From Bacteroidota bacterium (GTDB lineage: Bacteria > Bacteroidota > Bacteroidia > Bacteroidales > VadinHA17): 64,000 nucleotides of DNA. The translations under genes were made by a program, and so were the position numbers. The stretch is taken from the NCBI GenBank assembly GCA_029564935.1, contig JAKQPD010000301.1, positions 10,986-74,985 of the forward strand, given 5' to 3'. Each line of letters begins with the position of its first letter. Within the stretch, counting starts at the first letter, position 1. The notes under the pieces are model-generated. The model made no database searches. It was given only the letters and a program-made list of their open reading frames with translations, and was not told the DNA's origin. This document shows, piece by piece, positions 1 through 9,512 of the stretch.

Positions 1-2172
1 AATGATTTGATAATCAACCTTGAAAGTATTAATGTTACAGATGTCAGGGCACTTTACAATAACCGGGCGACTGAACTAATCATATCCGGAATGATGGATA
101 ACGGACGACTTAAAAGCAAAATATCCGGTGACAACATTGATTTTACAGGCAGGGGCAACCTTACAATCGACCTTTTCTCGCTTTACAACTTCAACATCAG
201 GAGCAGCATCAGAAGCGCAATAGATGTGGATCTGAACAGTTCAGAAAAAGGTATCCGCTTTGATAAGAGTACTCTTATACTGGATAAAAACAAATTCGGA
301 ATAGAAGGGTCCGTATCTGCCAATAACCTTCTGGATCTTTCATTGACAGGCGATAACATTAATTTAACTGATATCAAAAAATACCTTCCTCCAAAGGTAC
401 TTGACAAGTTAAGATTTTATAACCCCACGGGCATTCTGAACATTGAAAGTAAAATAAAAGGGGAAGCCTCCAGAACTACAAATCCGGGTATTGAAATCAG
501 TTTTACAGTAAATAATGGAAGGGCAACTTACGGATCCTCATCTCTTGCTCTGAAAGATGTTTCCTTTATGGGATTATTCTCGAACGGTACAAAAACAGAT
601 CCTTCAACCAGTTCATTAAAAATAAACAATTTCAGGGGTACTCTCGGATCATCGCTGTATTCAGGTTCACTGACTATAACGGATTTCAGGGCAATCAAAA
701 CAAATATTGAACTGAAAGGAAAAGTAATTCCGTCAGAAGTAAAAGAATTCTTCGGACTCAAAGAAATTTCCTCACCGGAAGGATCAGTAATACTGGATCT
801 GAGAATGTCCGGACTGGTCCCGCGTAAAGAAAAATACAGTATATCTGATTTTCTGGCCCTTGATACAAAAGCCCTTATGGTTTTTGATTCCTTTGGTGCG
901 GGGTTCAGAAATTACAATATCCGGATTGAAAATATGACCGGTAATCTTTCAGTTTCGGACAACGTCGTGGCAAGAGATCTGCAATTCTTGTTGAATGAGC
1001 AGGATATAAAACTGAATGGCACATTTTCCCGTCTTACTGAATGGTTATCGGGCAAGCCTGTTATTATGACCGTAAAAGCCTCAATAATCTCGGCAGGTAT
1101 TGATGCCGGATCATTCCTGCCGGAGAAAAATGAGAAGAATATCACCACGGATAAGCCATTTTCTCTTCCCGAAGATATTATCCTTGACCTGAGCTTTGAT
1201 CTTGGAAAACTGAAATACAAGAGTCTCGATGCTGAAAATGTAAGAGGAAAAATGAATTATAAGCCCAGGGTGATGACGTTTAATTCAGTATCATTAAATT
1301 CACTGGATGGAAATATTTCAGGAGACGGATTCCTGGCTCAGAATGCCGATAAATCATATATGCTTAAAGGAAATTTTAATGTTAACAGTATAAATGTAAA
1401 AAAAACATTTTCAGTTTTTAACAATTTCGGGCAGGATTTTATTAAGGATGAGAATCTTGAAGGCATACTATCCGGCTCACTTACAATCCTGATCCCTATG
1501 GATCAACATTTTCGTCCGTCTCTAAAAGCTCTGACTGCAGAAGGTAAATATATCCTTAAAAACGGGGCTCTTGTCAATTTTGAACCTGTAAAGGAGCTTT
1601 CCGAATTTATCGATATATCAGAGCTTGAAAATATCCGCTTTGAAGAGCTGGCTAATGATTTCTTCATAAGGAATAATGCCCTGTACATCCCACAAATGGA
1701 TGTCAGATCATCGGCAGCGGATTTGTCAGTGAACGGGAGGCATGGTTTTGATAATGATTATGAATATCATGTTAAAATACTTCTTTCAGAGATTCTCAGC
1801 AAAAAAATTCCGAAGCCAAGGCCCAATACGACTGAATTCGGTGCCGTTAATGATGACGGCCTGGGAAGGACTTCACTACTTCTCAGGATAGAGGATAATG
1901 GTGATAATGTAAAAGTAGGATATGATGTAAAAGCTGCAGGGACACAGGTCAGAAATGAAATAAAAAAAGAAAAACAGACTCTCCGGACTATCCTGAATGA
2001 AGAATACGGATGGTATAAATATGACACTGCTGCAGCACAAAAGCCCTCATCCTCAGGAACCCGTAAGTTCAGGGTAACATGGGAGGAGAGGGACAGTGTA
2101 AGAACTGAAAGAAAGGAGCAGCCTGCTGAAGAAAAAGACAATCCCTTAAAAAACCTGTTTAAAAAGAAATAA
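1..2172 (+). CDS. AsmA-family / AsmA-like C-terminal region protein (5' end runs off the window)
   Basis: The frame is open from base 1; the TTG at 7 in the ORF track is probably not the real start. More than 721 aa, beta-rich with repetitive Ser/Asn/Gly/Leu and a basic Lys/Glu-rich tail. Family call is by overall resemblance only. Confidence 0.6.
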   Translation, partial: NDLIINLESINVTDVRALYNNRATELIISGMMDNGRLKSKISGDNIDFTGRGNLTIDLFSLYNFNIRSSIRSAIDVDLNSSEKGIRFDKSTLILDKNKFGIEGSVSANNLLDLSLTGDNINLTDIKKYLPPKVLDKLRFYNPTGILNIESKIKGEASRTTNPGIEISFTVNNGRATYGSSSLALKDVSFMGLFSNGTKTDPSTSSLKINNFRGTLGSSLYSGSLTITDFRAIKTNIELKGKVIPSEVKEFFGLKEISSPEGSVILDLRMSGLVPRKEKYSISDFLALDTKALMVFDSFGAGFRNYNIRIENMTGNLSVSDNVVARDLQFLLNEQDIKLNGTFSRLTEWLSGKPVIMTVKASIISAGIDAGSFLPEKNEKNITTDKPFSLPEDIILDLSFDLGKLKYKSLDAENVRGKMNYKPRVMTFNSVSLNSLDGNISGDGFLAQNADKSYMLKGNFNVNSINVKKTFSVFNNFGQDFIKDENLEGILSGSLTILIPMDQHFRPSLKALTAEGKYILKNGALVNFEPVKELSEFIDISELENIRFEELANDFFIRNNALYIPQMDVRSSAADLSVNGRHGFDNDYEYHVKILLSEILSKKIPKPRPNTTEFGAVNDDGLGRTSLLLRIEDNGDNVKVGYDVKAAGTQVRNEIKKEKQTLRTILNEEYGWYKYDTAAAQKPSSSGTRKFRVTWEERDSVRTERKEQPAEEKDNPLKNLFKKK

Positions 2173-2207
2173 ACACACTGAACACTTACCGTCATAAGAC
2201 CCCATGG

Positions 2208-3326
2208 ATGCTCTTCCTTTTCCTGTTTGCAATTCTCTCAGGATCGGGATCCCTTATCTATACCCGCTTTCTGGTTGAGATCCTTAAAAATGAAGAGCGG
2301 AAGAAAGTTGAACTGTGGGCTGAGGCAACAAGGCTCATTACAATTGCTGAAAACGGACAGGATATTGAGTTCCTTTCTTCAATAATTGAAAATAATATAA
2401 CAATTCCCGTCATACTTACAGATGAAGCAGACAGTATAATCAGTTCAGGTAATTTTGATGCAAGGAAGATGCGGGATCCCCGATATCTGATCTCCCAGCT
2501 CCAGAAAATCAAAAGGAAGAACAGTCCTATAATTATTGATCTGGGGAAGGGATATAAAAACCAGATCTACTATAAAGACAGTACTATCCTTACAAGGCTG
2601 AATTATTATCCTTATATCCAGACCGGAATAATTGTATTGTTTATTCTGGTTGCGTTTCTGGCTTTCAGTTCTTCGAGAAAAGCTGAAAATAACCAGGTAT
2701 GGGTAAGCATGTCCAAAGAAACTGCACATCAGCTTGGTACACCGGTATCGTCACTTGCCGGCTGGGTGGAGATCCTTCAGCAGGATTATCCTGAAATGTC
2801 GATGTCGAGGGAGATAGCTCTTGATGTTGCAAGACTTGAGAAAATCACTGAAAGATTCTCGAGGATTGGTTCCAGGGTTGCCCTGAGAGATGAAAATCTT
2901 GTTTCAATAATCACAGGAACAATCACATACCTGAAAACACGAACTTCTTCAAAGGTCAGTTTTATATTCGATTCTGATCCGGAGCGGGATGTCATTATAC
3001 CTCTGAATACCGCTTTGTTTGAATGGGCAATCGAAAATATTTCAAAAAACGCAATCGATGCAATGGAAGGCAGCGGAATAATTACTTACCGGATTTCTGA
3101 AACGGAAAATAATATTCATGTTGATATTTCAGATACCGGGAAAGGGATCCCGAAGAGTGCTTTCAAAAAAATCTTCAGTCCGGGATATACTACCAAGCAA
3201 AGAGGATGGGGTGTGGGCCTTTCACTCACAAAAAGGATCGTGGAGGAGTTCCATAAGGGGAAGATCTATGTCAGGCATTCTGAACCTGGTATTGGATCAT
3301 CTATCAGGATCGTATTAAACAAATGA
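2208..3326 (+). CDS. Sensor histidine kinase (two TM segments, intact catalytic boxes)
   Basis: H-box-like ETAHQLGTPVSSL, N-box ENISKNAIDAM, G1 DISDTGKGI, G2 GWGVGLSLTKRIV. Hydrophobic N-terminus and a second TM near residue 140. Confidence 0.85.
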   Translation: MLFLFLFAILSGSGSLIYTRFLVEILKNEERKKVELWAEATRLITIAENGQDIEFLSSIIENNITIPVILTDEADSIISSGNFDARKMRDPRYLISQLQKIKRKNSPIIIDLGKGYKNQIYYKDSTILTRLNYYPYIQTGIIVLFILVAFLAFSSSRKAENNQVWVSMSKETAHQLGTPVSSLAGWVEILQQDYPEMSMSREIALDVARLEKITERFSRIGSRVALRDENLVSIITGTITYLKTRTSSKVSFIFDSDPERDVIIPLNTALFEWAIENISKNAIDAMEGSGIITYRISETENNIHVDISDTGKGIPKSAFKKIFSPGYTTKQRGWGVGLSLTKRIVEEFHKGKIYVRHSEPGIGSSIRIVLNK

Positions 3327-3385
3327 ATCCGGCACTCTTGAATATAGTTTTGTAATCAGCCTGTAACCGGTTTTTAATCAGTGTA

Positions 3386-4642
3386 ATGGAAAGAAAAGAT
3401 ATAGAAATAACAGCCCCTGCAGGATCCTGGGAATCATTGATGGCGGCGATACAGGGAGGAGCCGATTCAGTCTATTTTGGCGCCGGTCAGCTGAACATGA
3501 GGTCAGCTTCATCAATAAATTTCCCGACGGAGGATCTGAGAAAAATTGCAACTATATGCAGGGATAACGGCCTGAAAAGTTATCTCACAGTAAATGTTGT
3601 GATCTTTGACAATGAGAAGGAACAGATGCAAAAGATAATTGATACTGCAAAAGAAAGTGGAATCAGTGCGATTATTGCTTCCGACATTTCAGCTATAGAT
3701 TATGCTTTCAGGCAGGGAATTGAAGTTCATCTTTCAACACAACTTAATATTTCCAATACCGACGCATTGAGGTTCTATTCACGCTATGGCGATGTTGCTG
3801 TCCTCGCAAGGGAACTTAACCTTGACCAGGTAAAAAGAATCTCTGAGCAAATCGGGGATGAAGAAATCAGAGGTCCCGGCGGTGAACTGATGAAGATAGA
3901 AATGTTTGTTCACGGGGCTCTGTGCATGGCTGTCTCGGGGAAATGCTACCTGAGCCTTCATGAAAACAATAAATCCGCAAACCGCGGGACCTGTTATCAG
4001 ACATGCCGTAAATCCTATATCGTGACCGAAAAAGAATCGGGTTACGAACTTGAAATAGATAATGAATTCATAATGTCGCCAAAAGATCTTTGCACTATCG
4101 GATTTATTGATAAGATGACAGATGCCGGAGTAAGGGTTATGAAAATCGAAGGACGCGCCCGTTCACCCGAATATGTAAAAACAGTTGTCAGCTGTTATGA
4201 TGAAGCATTAAGGGCAGTTGCCGATGGTTCCTATTCACAGGAAAAGATAACTGAGTGGAAAACAAGGTTGTCTGCAGTATTCAACAGAGGCTTCTGGGAC
4301 GGGTATTATCTTGGACAAAGACTTGGCGAATGGAATACCCGGTATGGATCTGCCGCCACAAAACGAAAAGTTTACCTTGGCAGGATAACCAACTATTTTA
4401 CTAAACAATCAGTTGCAGAAATTAAACTTGAGAATGGCGATCTTAATACCGGTGATTCACTTTTAATTACGGGGCCTACAACAGGTGTTGTGGAATATAA
4501 TGTTGAAGAGATCCGCGTCGATCTCAACAAAACAGATAAGGCATTAAAAGGTGAATTCTGTTCAGTGAAGATTAACGATTTCCTGCGGCGTTCAGATAAA
4601 GTTTATAAATGGGTAGATGAATCTGAGATCAGAATAAAATAA
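3386..4642 (+). CDS. U32-family protein (annotated peptidase family; Fe-S hydroxylase-type Cys motif)
   Basis: N-terminal ITAPAGSWESLMAAIQGGADSVYFG is typical of U32. C-x6-C-x15-C-x3-C is encoded at 3923-4006. KIEGRARSPEYV motif present. Confidence 0.85.
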   Translation: MERKDIEITAPAGSWESLMAAIQGGADSVYFGAGQLNMRSASSINFPTEDLRKIATICRDNGLKSYLTVNVVIFDNEKEQMQKIIDTAKESGISAIIASDISAIDYAFRQGIEVHLSTQLNISNTDALRFYSRYGDVAVLARELNLDQVKRISEQIGDEEIRGPGGELMKIEMFVHGALCMAVSGKCYLSLHENNKSANRGTCYQTCRKSYIVTEKESGYELEIDNEFIMSPKDLCTIGFIDKMTDAGVRVMKIEGRARSPEYVKTVVSCYDEALRAVADGSYSQEKITEWKTRLSAVFNRGFWDGYYLGQRLGEWNTRYGSAATKRKVYLGRITNYFTKQSVAEIKLENGDLNTGDSLLITGPTTGVVEYNVEEIRVDLNKTDKALKGEFCSVKINDFLRRSDKVYKWVDESEIRIK

Positions 4643-4653
4643 AGAAATAATCC

Positions 4654-5697
4654 TTACAGATTCAGAATTGCGGCTGCATCAATCACTTTGCCAGCATTTA
4701 CCCCGATATCATCAGTATCTGTCTCAACATAAACTATATTCTTTGAAGATCTTCTGCTGATTCCGTACATATATGCCTTATCATAATACTTCAGAGTAAT
4801 TTCCACTGCTTCTGAAAGTCTTCCTTCGTCAACAGCCCTCAAAGCATCAGCAGTGTTGTCGCCACCAAGTCGCTTTCTGATCTTAAGTATTGACTCCTTT
4901 ATCAATCCCGGAGGATAACCGGCATACTCTTCCGTAAGCCTCGGAAGCCTTGTCTTTATGTCCATCATTATTACTATAGCCGGTGCCTCAAGCATATTAT
5001 TGTAGAAATTATCCGGAATAAAAACATTCCCGATATTCCGGCTTTCATCTTCAATCCATACAGGCATATTATGATCCAACCTGCGCCATTCCTCAAACAA
5101 CAGGTTAGCAAAATGTTCTGATGTTGGCTGGGGTTGTTGTCCAAGCGCTCCGAATGCCGAACCTTTATGACAGGCTATTCCCTCAAGATCGATAATCTGA
5201 TGATTATGACTTTTTAAATAATTTAAAATATGTGTCTTGCCACTGCCGGTCATCCCGCCCACGATAATCATTTTACGTTTTTCAGAAAGAGAGGAAAGGA
5301 TATGATTACGATAAGACTTATAGCCGCCTTCAAGTACCTCAGTTTGAATATCTGCAAGAGAGAACAGCCAGGCCATGGCTTCTGATCTTATTCCTCCCCT
5401 CCAGCAATGGACAAGCAGCTTGCCGTCTGTAGCTGCTTTTATCGCTTCGGAAAGCTTATTATGCATGGAAGGCCCTGCAAGTTCCAGGCCTTTCAGGATA
5501 GCCTTTACCCGTCCGGCATTCTTATATTTGATTCCCACAGCCTTCCTTTCGTTATCGTCAAACAACGGAATATTTATCGATCCGGGAATATGCCCCGACA
5601 GGTATTCTGAGGGTGATCTTACATCGATCACCGGATATTTTTCCGACAATTCAAGAAACCGGCATATATCTGTTTTATTCACTGAAATATTTTGCAA
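4654..5697 (-). CDS. mnmH: tRNA 2-selenouridine synthase
   Basis: N-terminal rhodanese domain with HCWRGGIRS active-site loop, followed by a P-loop GGMTGSGKT. 347 aa, the usual SelU/MnmH length. Confidence 0.85.
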   Translation of the reverse strand: MQNISVNKTDICRFLELSEKYPVIDVRSPSEYLSGHIPGSINIPLFDDNERKAVGIKYKNAGRVKAILKGLELAGPSMHNKLSEAIKAATDGKLLVHCWRGGIRSEAMAWLFSLADIQTEVLEGGYKSYRNHILSSLSEKRKMIIVGGMTGSGKTHILNYLKSHNHQIIDLEGIACHKGSAFGALGQQPQPTSEHFANLLFEEWRRLDHNMPVWIEDESRNIGNVFIPDNFYNNMLEAPAIVIMMDIKTRLPRLTEEYAGYPPGLIKESILKIRKRLGGDNTADALRAVDEGRLSEAVEITLKYYDKAYMYGISRRSSKNIVYVETDTDDIGVNAGKVIDAAAILNL

Positions 5698-8485
5698 GAA
5701 TTTTTTTCAGATCATCGATCCTGACCGGTTTTGAAATGAATTCCTTTATTCCCGATAATTCTGCCTTACTCCTTGAAGCAGGCATATTATCGGCAGTTAT
5801 TGCGATAATAAATGCTTCCGGATTCTCTTCAAGGATCCTCCTGGCAGTTTCATACCCGTCAATTCCAGGCAGGATAAGATCCATAAAAATAATATCATAT
5901 TTGTTATTTCCTGCTTTAGCACATCCATCTTCTCCATTTTCAGCAATATCATATGAACACCCCAGCATCTCAAGAAGCATTGAAAGAACTTTCAGGTTCA
6001 TCTTATTATCTTCCACTATCAGGGTATGCAATTCTTTTTTTGTTTTATCACCGGCTCCGTCCCTGCCCTGGTAATCTATGGATGTGAAGCTTTCAGCGAT
6101 CGCTTTTCCCAGAGTTATTGAATCGGGTGGCATAACAAGATAGTGATCAATATCCAGAATTACAGATTTAAGATAATTTCCTCTTGTATCTTCCGAACTG
6201 ATCAGAATTATTATCAGTTTGTCTGACAGATTGTTATCCTTAAGTGACTGAGCGACATCAAAACCATTGAATTTATAATCATTGAGTATGACAACCATTT
6301 TATATCTGTCTTCGGCTGAGTTCAGGCTGGCTTTAATCTGGTTTGGTGTAGACTTCTGAAAATTTGTCACGGAAATATTCAGCCGCAACTGATGAAGCAA
6401 ACTGAGAACCCTGTCATCATCAGCCTGAGGATCAGTAATAACTAGTGTTTTTATCTCATTAAAGGATCTTACAGAATCAATTTCTAGAGCTTTCTGCTTT
6501 TTGTCAAATGAATATGCCCCAAGGGTAAATCTTATATTGGCACCTGTTTTTCCATCAGGGCCCGGAGTACTTTCAACAGTAATTTTCCCTCCCATCAACC
6601 TGATAAGCTGAGCGGCCATAACTGGTCCGAATACTGATTCATCGTCGCTTGTCAGCACTTTTGATTCTATATTGACTGCTTCACTGAAGATCTTCTTCAG
6701 GATCCCGGAGTCAGATATTTTACCGGCATCACTGAGATCAAAAGCAAGTTTAACATATCCGTTATCATTACCTAAAAGGCTGCAGCTCAAACTTATCTTC
6801 CCTGAACTTGTGTTTTTTATGGAATTGTCAATAAGATTTGTCATTATCTGCCGCAGTCTGTACGGGTCTGAAATTATGCTCACAGGAACATCTTCCTCCA
6901 CATTAGTCAGGAATTGTATGTTTTTCCCCGATAAAAGTGTCCTGGCCCTGTCAGTACAATAATCCAGTTCATCCCTGAGGTTAAACGGGATCTCTTTGAG
7001 TACAAGGTTCCCTGTTTCGATCTTTGAAAAATCAAGAATATCATCCCTGAGATTCAGCAAGTCTTCAGATGATTTACGTAAAATACTCACGATCTGACTT
7101 ATTTCCTCCGGCTTCTTCCTGCCAATTATGTCTGTCATCCCTATGATCCCTGTAAGAGGGGTTCGGACTTCATAGCTTAGCCTTGCCAGGAAATCCGATT
7201 TTGCCCTGTTGGCTTTTGCTTCATGGTTCCTGGCAGCTTCCACCTCAGTAATATCCACAAGGGTATCAGCAAAACCTTCTTTCCCAAAAAAGACAACCGG
7301 GATAGTACTTCTGAGAAATATCCTGTCGCCGCTTTCCTGTTTAAAAATAGCAAACTGGGCCGGATTTAATACTCCGCCGGGATTTTTTGCAAAATATTCA
7401 TTTATAACAGACAGAGAAGGTTCAGGGTATTCCGTACCCTTCATACCAGAGTTGGATATGAGGGATAATTGTTTCGTAATCATGCTATTGGCCAAAAGAA
7501 TCTCCCTGTTTTTATCATATACTATCACCCCTGCAGGCAGCCTGTCTATAAGCGTGTTTAAAGTCCCCTCCGACTCCCGGAGCTTTTTGTTTTCATTTTC
7601 CCGTTTTTTCAGATGACGTAACAGGATAAATATTATCGTCTGTATAAGAAGAAGGGTAGCAATAACTATAAGGAAAGAATTTCTTATTATATAATTCTGG
7701 AACCAGGTTGTCGGGGATGAAAAGATAATGGCCAGGTCCCTCTGAAGAAGCTGTGTCGGATAATATGATGAAACCAGCTGCCTGTCTTTTCCACCGACAA
7801 CAGCATTATGGATTATGTTACCCACCGACCCGCTTTCAAGAGCAGTTGTAATCTTTTCTTTTTCTCCATACATGACCTGTTCTCCGGAGTTTGAATAGAC
7901 AACATCTCCCGAGCTGTTAAGTACCCATTGCCACTGGTAATCTTTCAGGTTATAAACTGAGAAAAGCGCATCGAAATATTTGTCATAATCGACTGTAACG
8001 ACAATATTTCCCGAGATTTTATTGTTTTTTATTACCGGCAGGTAATATTCGAAATTCCTGTTTCCTTTCACGAGAGAATCCCTGGTGAAAATAGTATTCA
8101 TTGAATGAAGAACAAACTGTTGTTCAAGCCATTCCCCATCTTCAATCTTCAGGGTGAATTCATTCTTCGCATCATCATAAATCTTTATTCCTGTAATAAA
8201 ATCCTGATATTTTGAATAGAATAATCTCATCTTCTCAACTGCTCCTGTCCGGTAAGCCTTATCCGTGAAGAATGATCCGAGATCTTCGAGATAGCCTATT
8301 TCGCTAAGGTCGGAAGTAAATGTATTGTTAACATCATCAACTGCTATCCCCGTAAGCTGGACCTGGTGATCGAGATGTGCCGTTATATACTCAAGCTGTT
8401 TATTATAGAGGCTTTTATAATAGATAATATTAACCAGTACAATGACAATAAAAGCCGAATAGATAATAATCAGGATTTTTTTCAT
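5675..8485 (-). CDS. Hybrid sensor histidine kinase / response regulator homologue with degenerate kinase core
   Basis: 936 aa: TM, extracytoplasmic sensor region, TM, PAS-like region, HisKA-like helix FLARLSYEVRTPL (Tyr where His is expected), N-box NLIDNSIKNT, degenerate G1/G2 boxes. C-terminal receiver is intact (VEDN, IFMDLILP, AITAD, SKP). Confidence 0.85.
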   Translation of the reverse strand: MKKILIIIYSAFIVIVLVNIIYYKSLYNKQLEYITAHLDHQVQLTGIAVDDVNNTFTSDLSEIGYLEDLGSFFTDKAYRTGAVEKMRLFYSKYQDFITGIKIYDDAKNEFTLKIEDGEWLEQQFVLHSMNTIFTRDSLVKGNRNFEYYLPVIKNNKISGNIVVTVDYDKYFDALFSVYNLKDYQWQWVLNSSGDVVYSNSGEQVMYGEKEKITTALESGSVGNIIHNAVVGGKDRQLVSSYYPTQLLQRDLAIIFSSPTTWFQNYIIRNSFLIVIATLLLIQTIIFILLRHLKKRENENKKLRESEGTLNTLIDRLPAGVIVYDKNREILLANSMITKQLSLISNSGMKGTEYPEPSLSVINEYFAKNPGGVLNPAQFAIFKQESGDRIFLRSTIPVVFFGKEGFADTLVDITEVEAARNHEAKANRAKSDFLARLSYEVRTPLTGIIGMTDIIGRKKPEEISQIVSILRKSSEDLLNLRDDILDFSKIETGNLVLKEIPFNLRDELDYCTDRARTLLSGKNIQFLTNVEEDVPVSIISDPYRLRQIMTNLIDNSIKNTSSGKISLSCSLLGNDNGYVKLAFDLSDAGKISDSGILKKIFSEAVNIESKVLTSDDESVFGPVMAAQLIRLMGGKITVESTPGPDGKTGANIRFTLGAYSFDKKQKALEIDSVRSFNEIKTLVITDPQADDDRVLSLLHQLRLNISVTNFQKSTPNQIKASLNSAEDRYKMVVILNDYKFNGFDVAQSLKDNNLSDKLIIILISSEDTRGNYLKSVILDIDHYLVMPPDSITLGKAIAESFTSIDYQGRDGAGDKTKKELHTLIVEDNKMNLKVLSMLLEMLGCSYDIAENGEDGCAKAGNNKYDIIFMDLILPGIDGYETARRILEENPEAFIIAITADNMPASRSKAELSGIKEFISKPVRIDDLKKILAKYFSE

Positions 8486-8550
8486 CAGGACAGAAGTTTG
8501 ACTTTCAGAGGTTATAAAGATAACCTTAATTTGCTAAATACATCGATTTT

Positions 8551-9477
8551 TTATCGGTATTTACGATTATCATCCTCAAGGATATTGAGATAGCTTCTGT
8601 ACCTCAGGGGATCGATCTCTCCTTTTTCAACGGCATTTTTCACCGAGCAGCCAGGTTCATCGATATGAAGGCAATTATAGAATCTGCAATCCTGAGAGAT
8701 CCGGAAAATTTCGGGGAAGAAGTGATAAATCTCATTTCTGTCCATATCAACAACTCCGAATCCCCTGATTCCCGGAGAGTCGATCAGGTAAGCTCCGAAA
8801 GGCATGTGGTGCATTTCGGGAAAGGTGGTAATGTGTTTCCCCTGTTTGTGATAATCCGAGATCTCCTCCGTTTTCAGGTTAAGAGCCGGGTTCAATGTAT
8901 TAAGCAGAGTTGTCTTTCCCACACCTGAATTTCCGGCTATCAGGCTGATCTTATCTTTCATCAGGGCAATCAATGATTCAAGACCATCCTTGTTTTTCAG
9001 TGATATTGTGAAACATTTATATCCGATCTTTTCATAAACCGACACCAGGTGATCCATCCTTGATTTTTCTTCTTCATTATAAAGATCCGTTTTATTTATT
9101 ATGATACCTGCAGGGATCCTGTATGCTTCAGCGGTGATCAGGAAACGGTCGATAAACTCCACCGGTGTTTCAGGATATGAAATTGTAATCATCAGGAAAA
9201 CATGGTCAACGTTTGCAGCAAGTATCTGGGACTGTTTTGACAGGTTTGACGACTTCCGTAGTATATAATTTTTACGGTCAAGCAGTTCGGTTATTATACC
9301 TGAACGTTTACTTTGCTCAAATTCAAACCTTACCCTGTCACCGACAGCAATGGGATTAGTGTTTTTCAGTTCCTTTACCCTGAATTTTCCTTTGATGATA
9401 CAATCGACAACATTCCCATCCGTGCAAAGAACCCTGTACCGGCTGCCGGTAGATTTTATGACAATGCCCTGGTCCAC
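8551..9477 (-). CDS. rsgA: Ribosome small-subunit-dependent GTPase A
   Basis: Circularly permuted GTPase: NKTDL precedes GNSGVGKTTLLN. C-terminal zinc knuckle CRFYNCLHIDEPGC. Confidence 0.9.
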   Translation of the reverse strand: MDQGIVIKSTGSRYRVLCTDGNVVDCIIKGKFRVKELKNTNPIAVGDRVRFEFEQSKRSGIITELLDRKNYILRKSSNLSKQSQILAANVDHVFLMITISYPETPVEFIDRFLITAEAYRIPAGIIINKTDLYNEEEKSRMDHLVSVYEKIGYKCFTISLKNKDGLESLIALMKDKISLIAGNSGVGKTTLLNTLNPALNLKTEEISDYHKQGKHITTFPEMHHMPFGAYLIDSPGIRGFGVVDMDRNEIYHFFPEIFRISQDCRFYNCLHIDEPGCSVKNAVEKGEIDPLRYRSYLNILEDDNRKYR

Positions 9478-9512
9478 GATATATCATCGTGTAAAATAAT
9501 CCGAAAATACAA

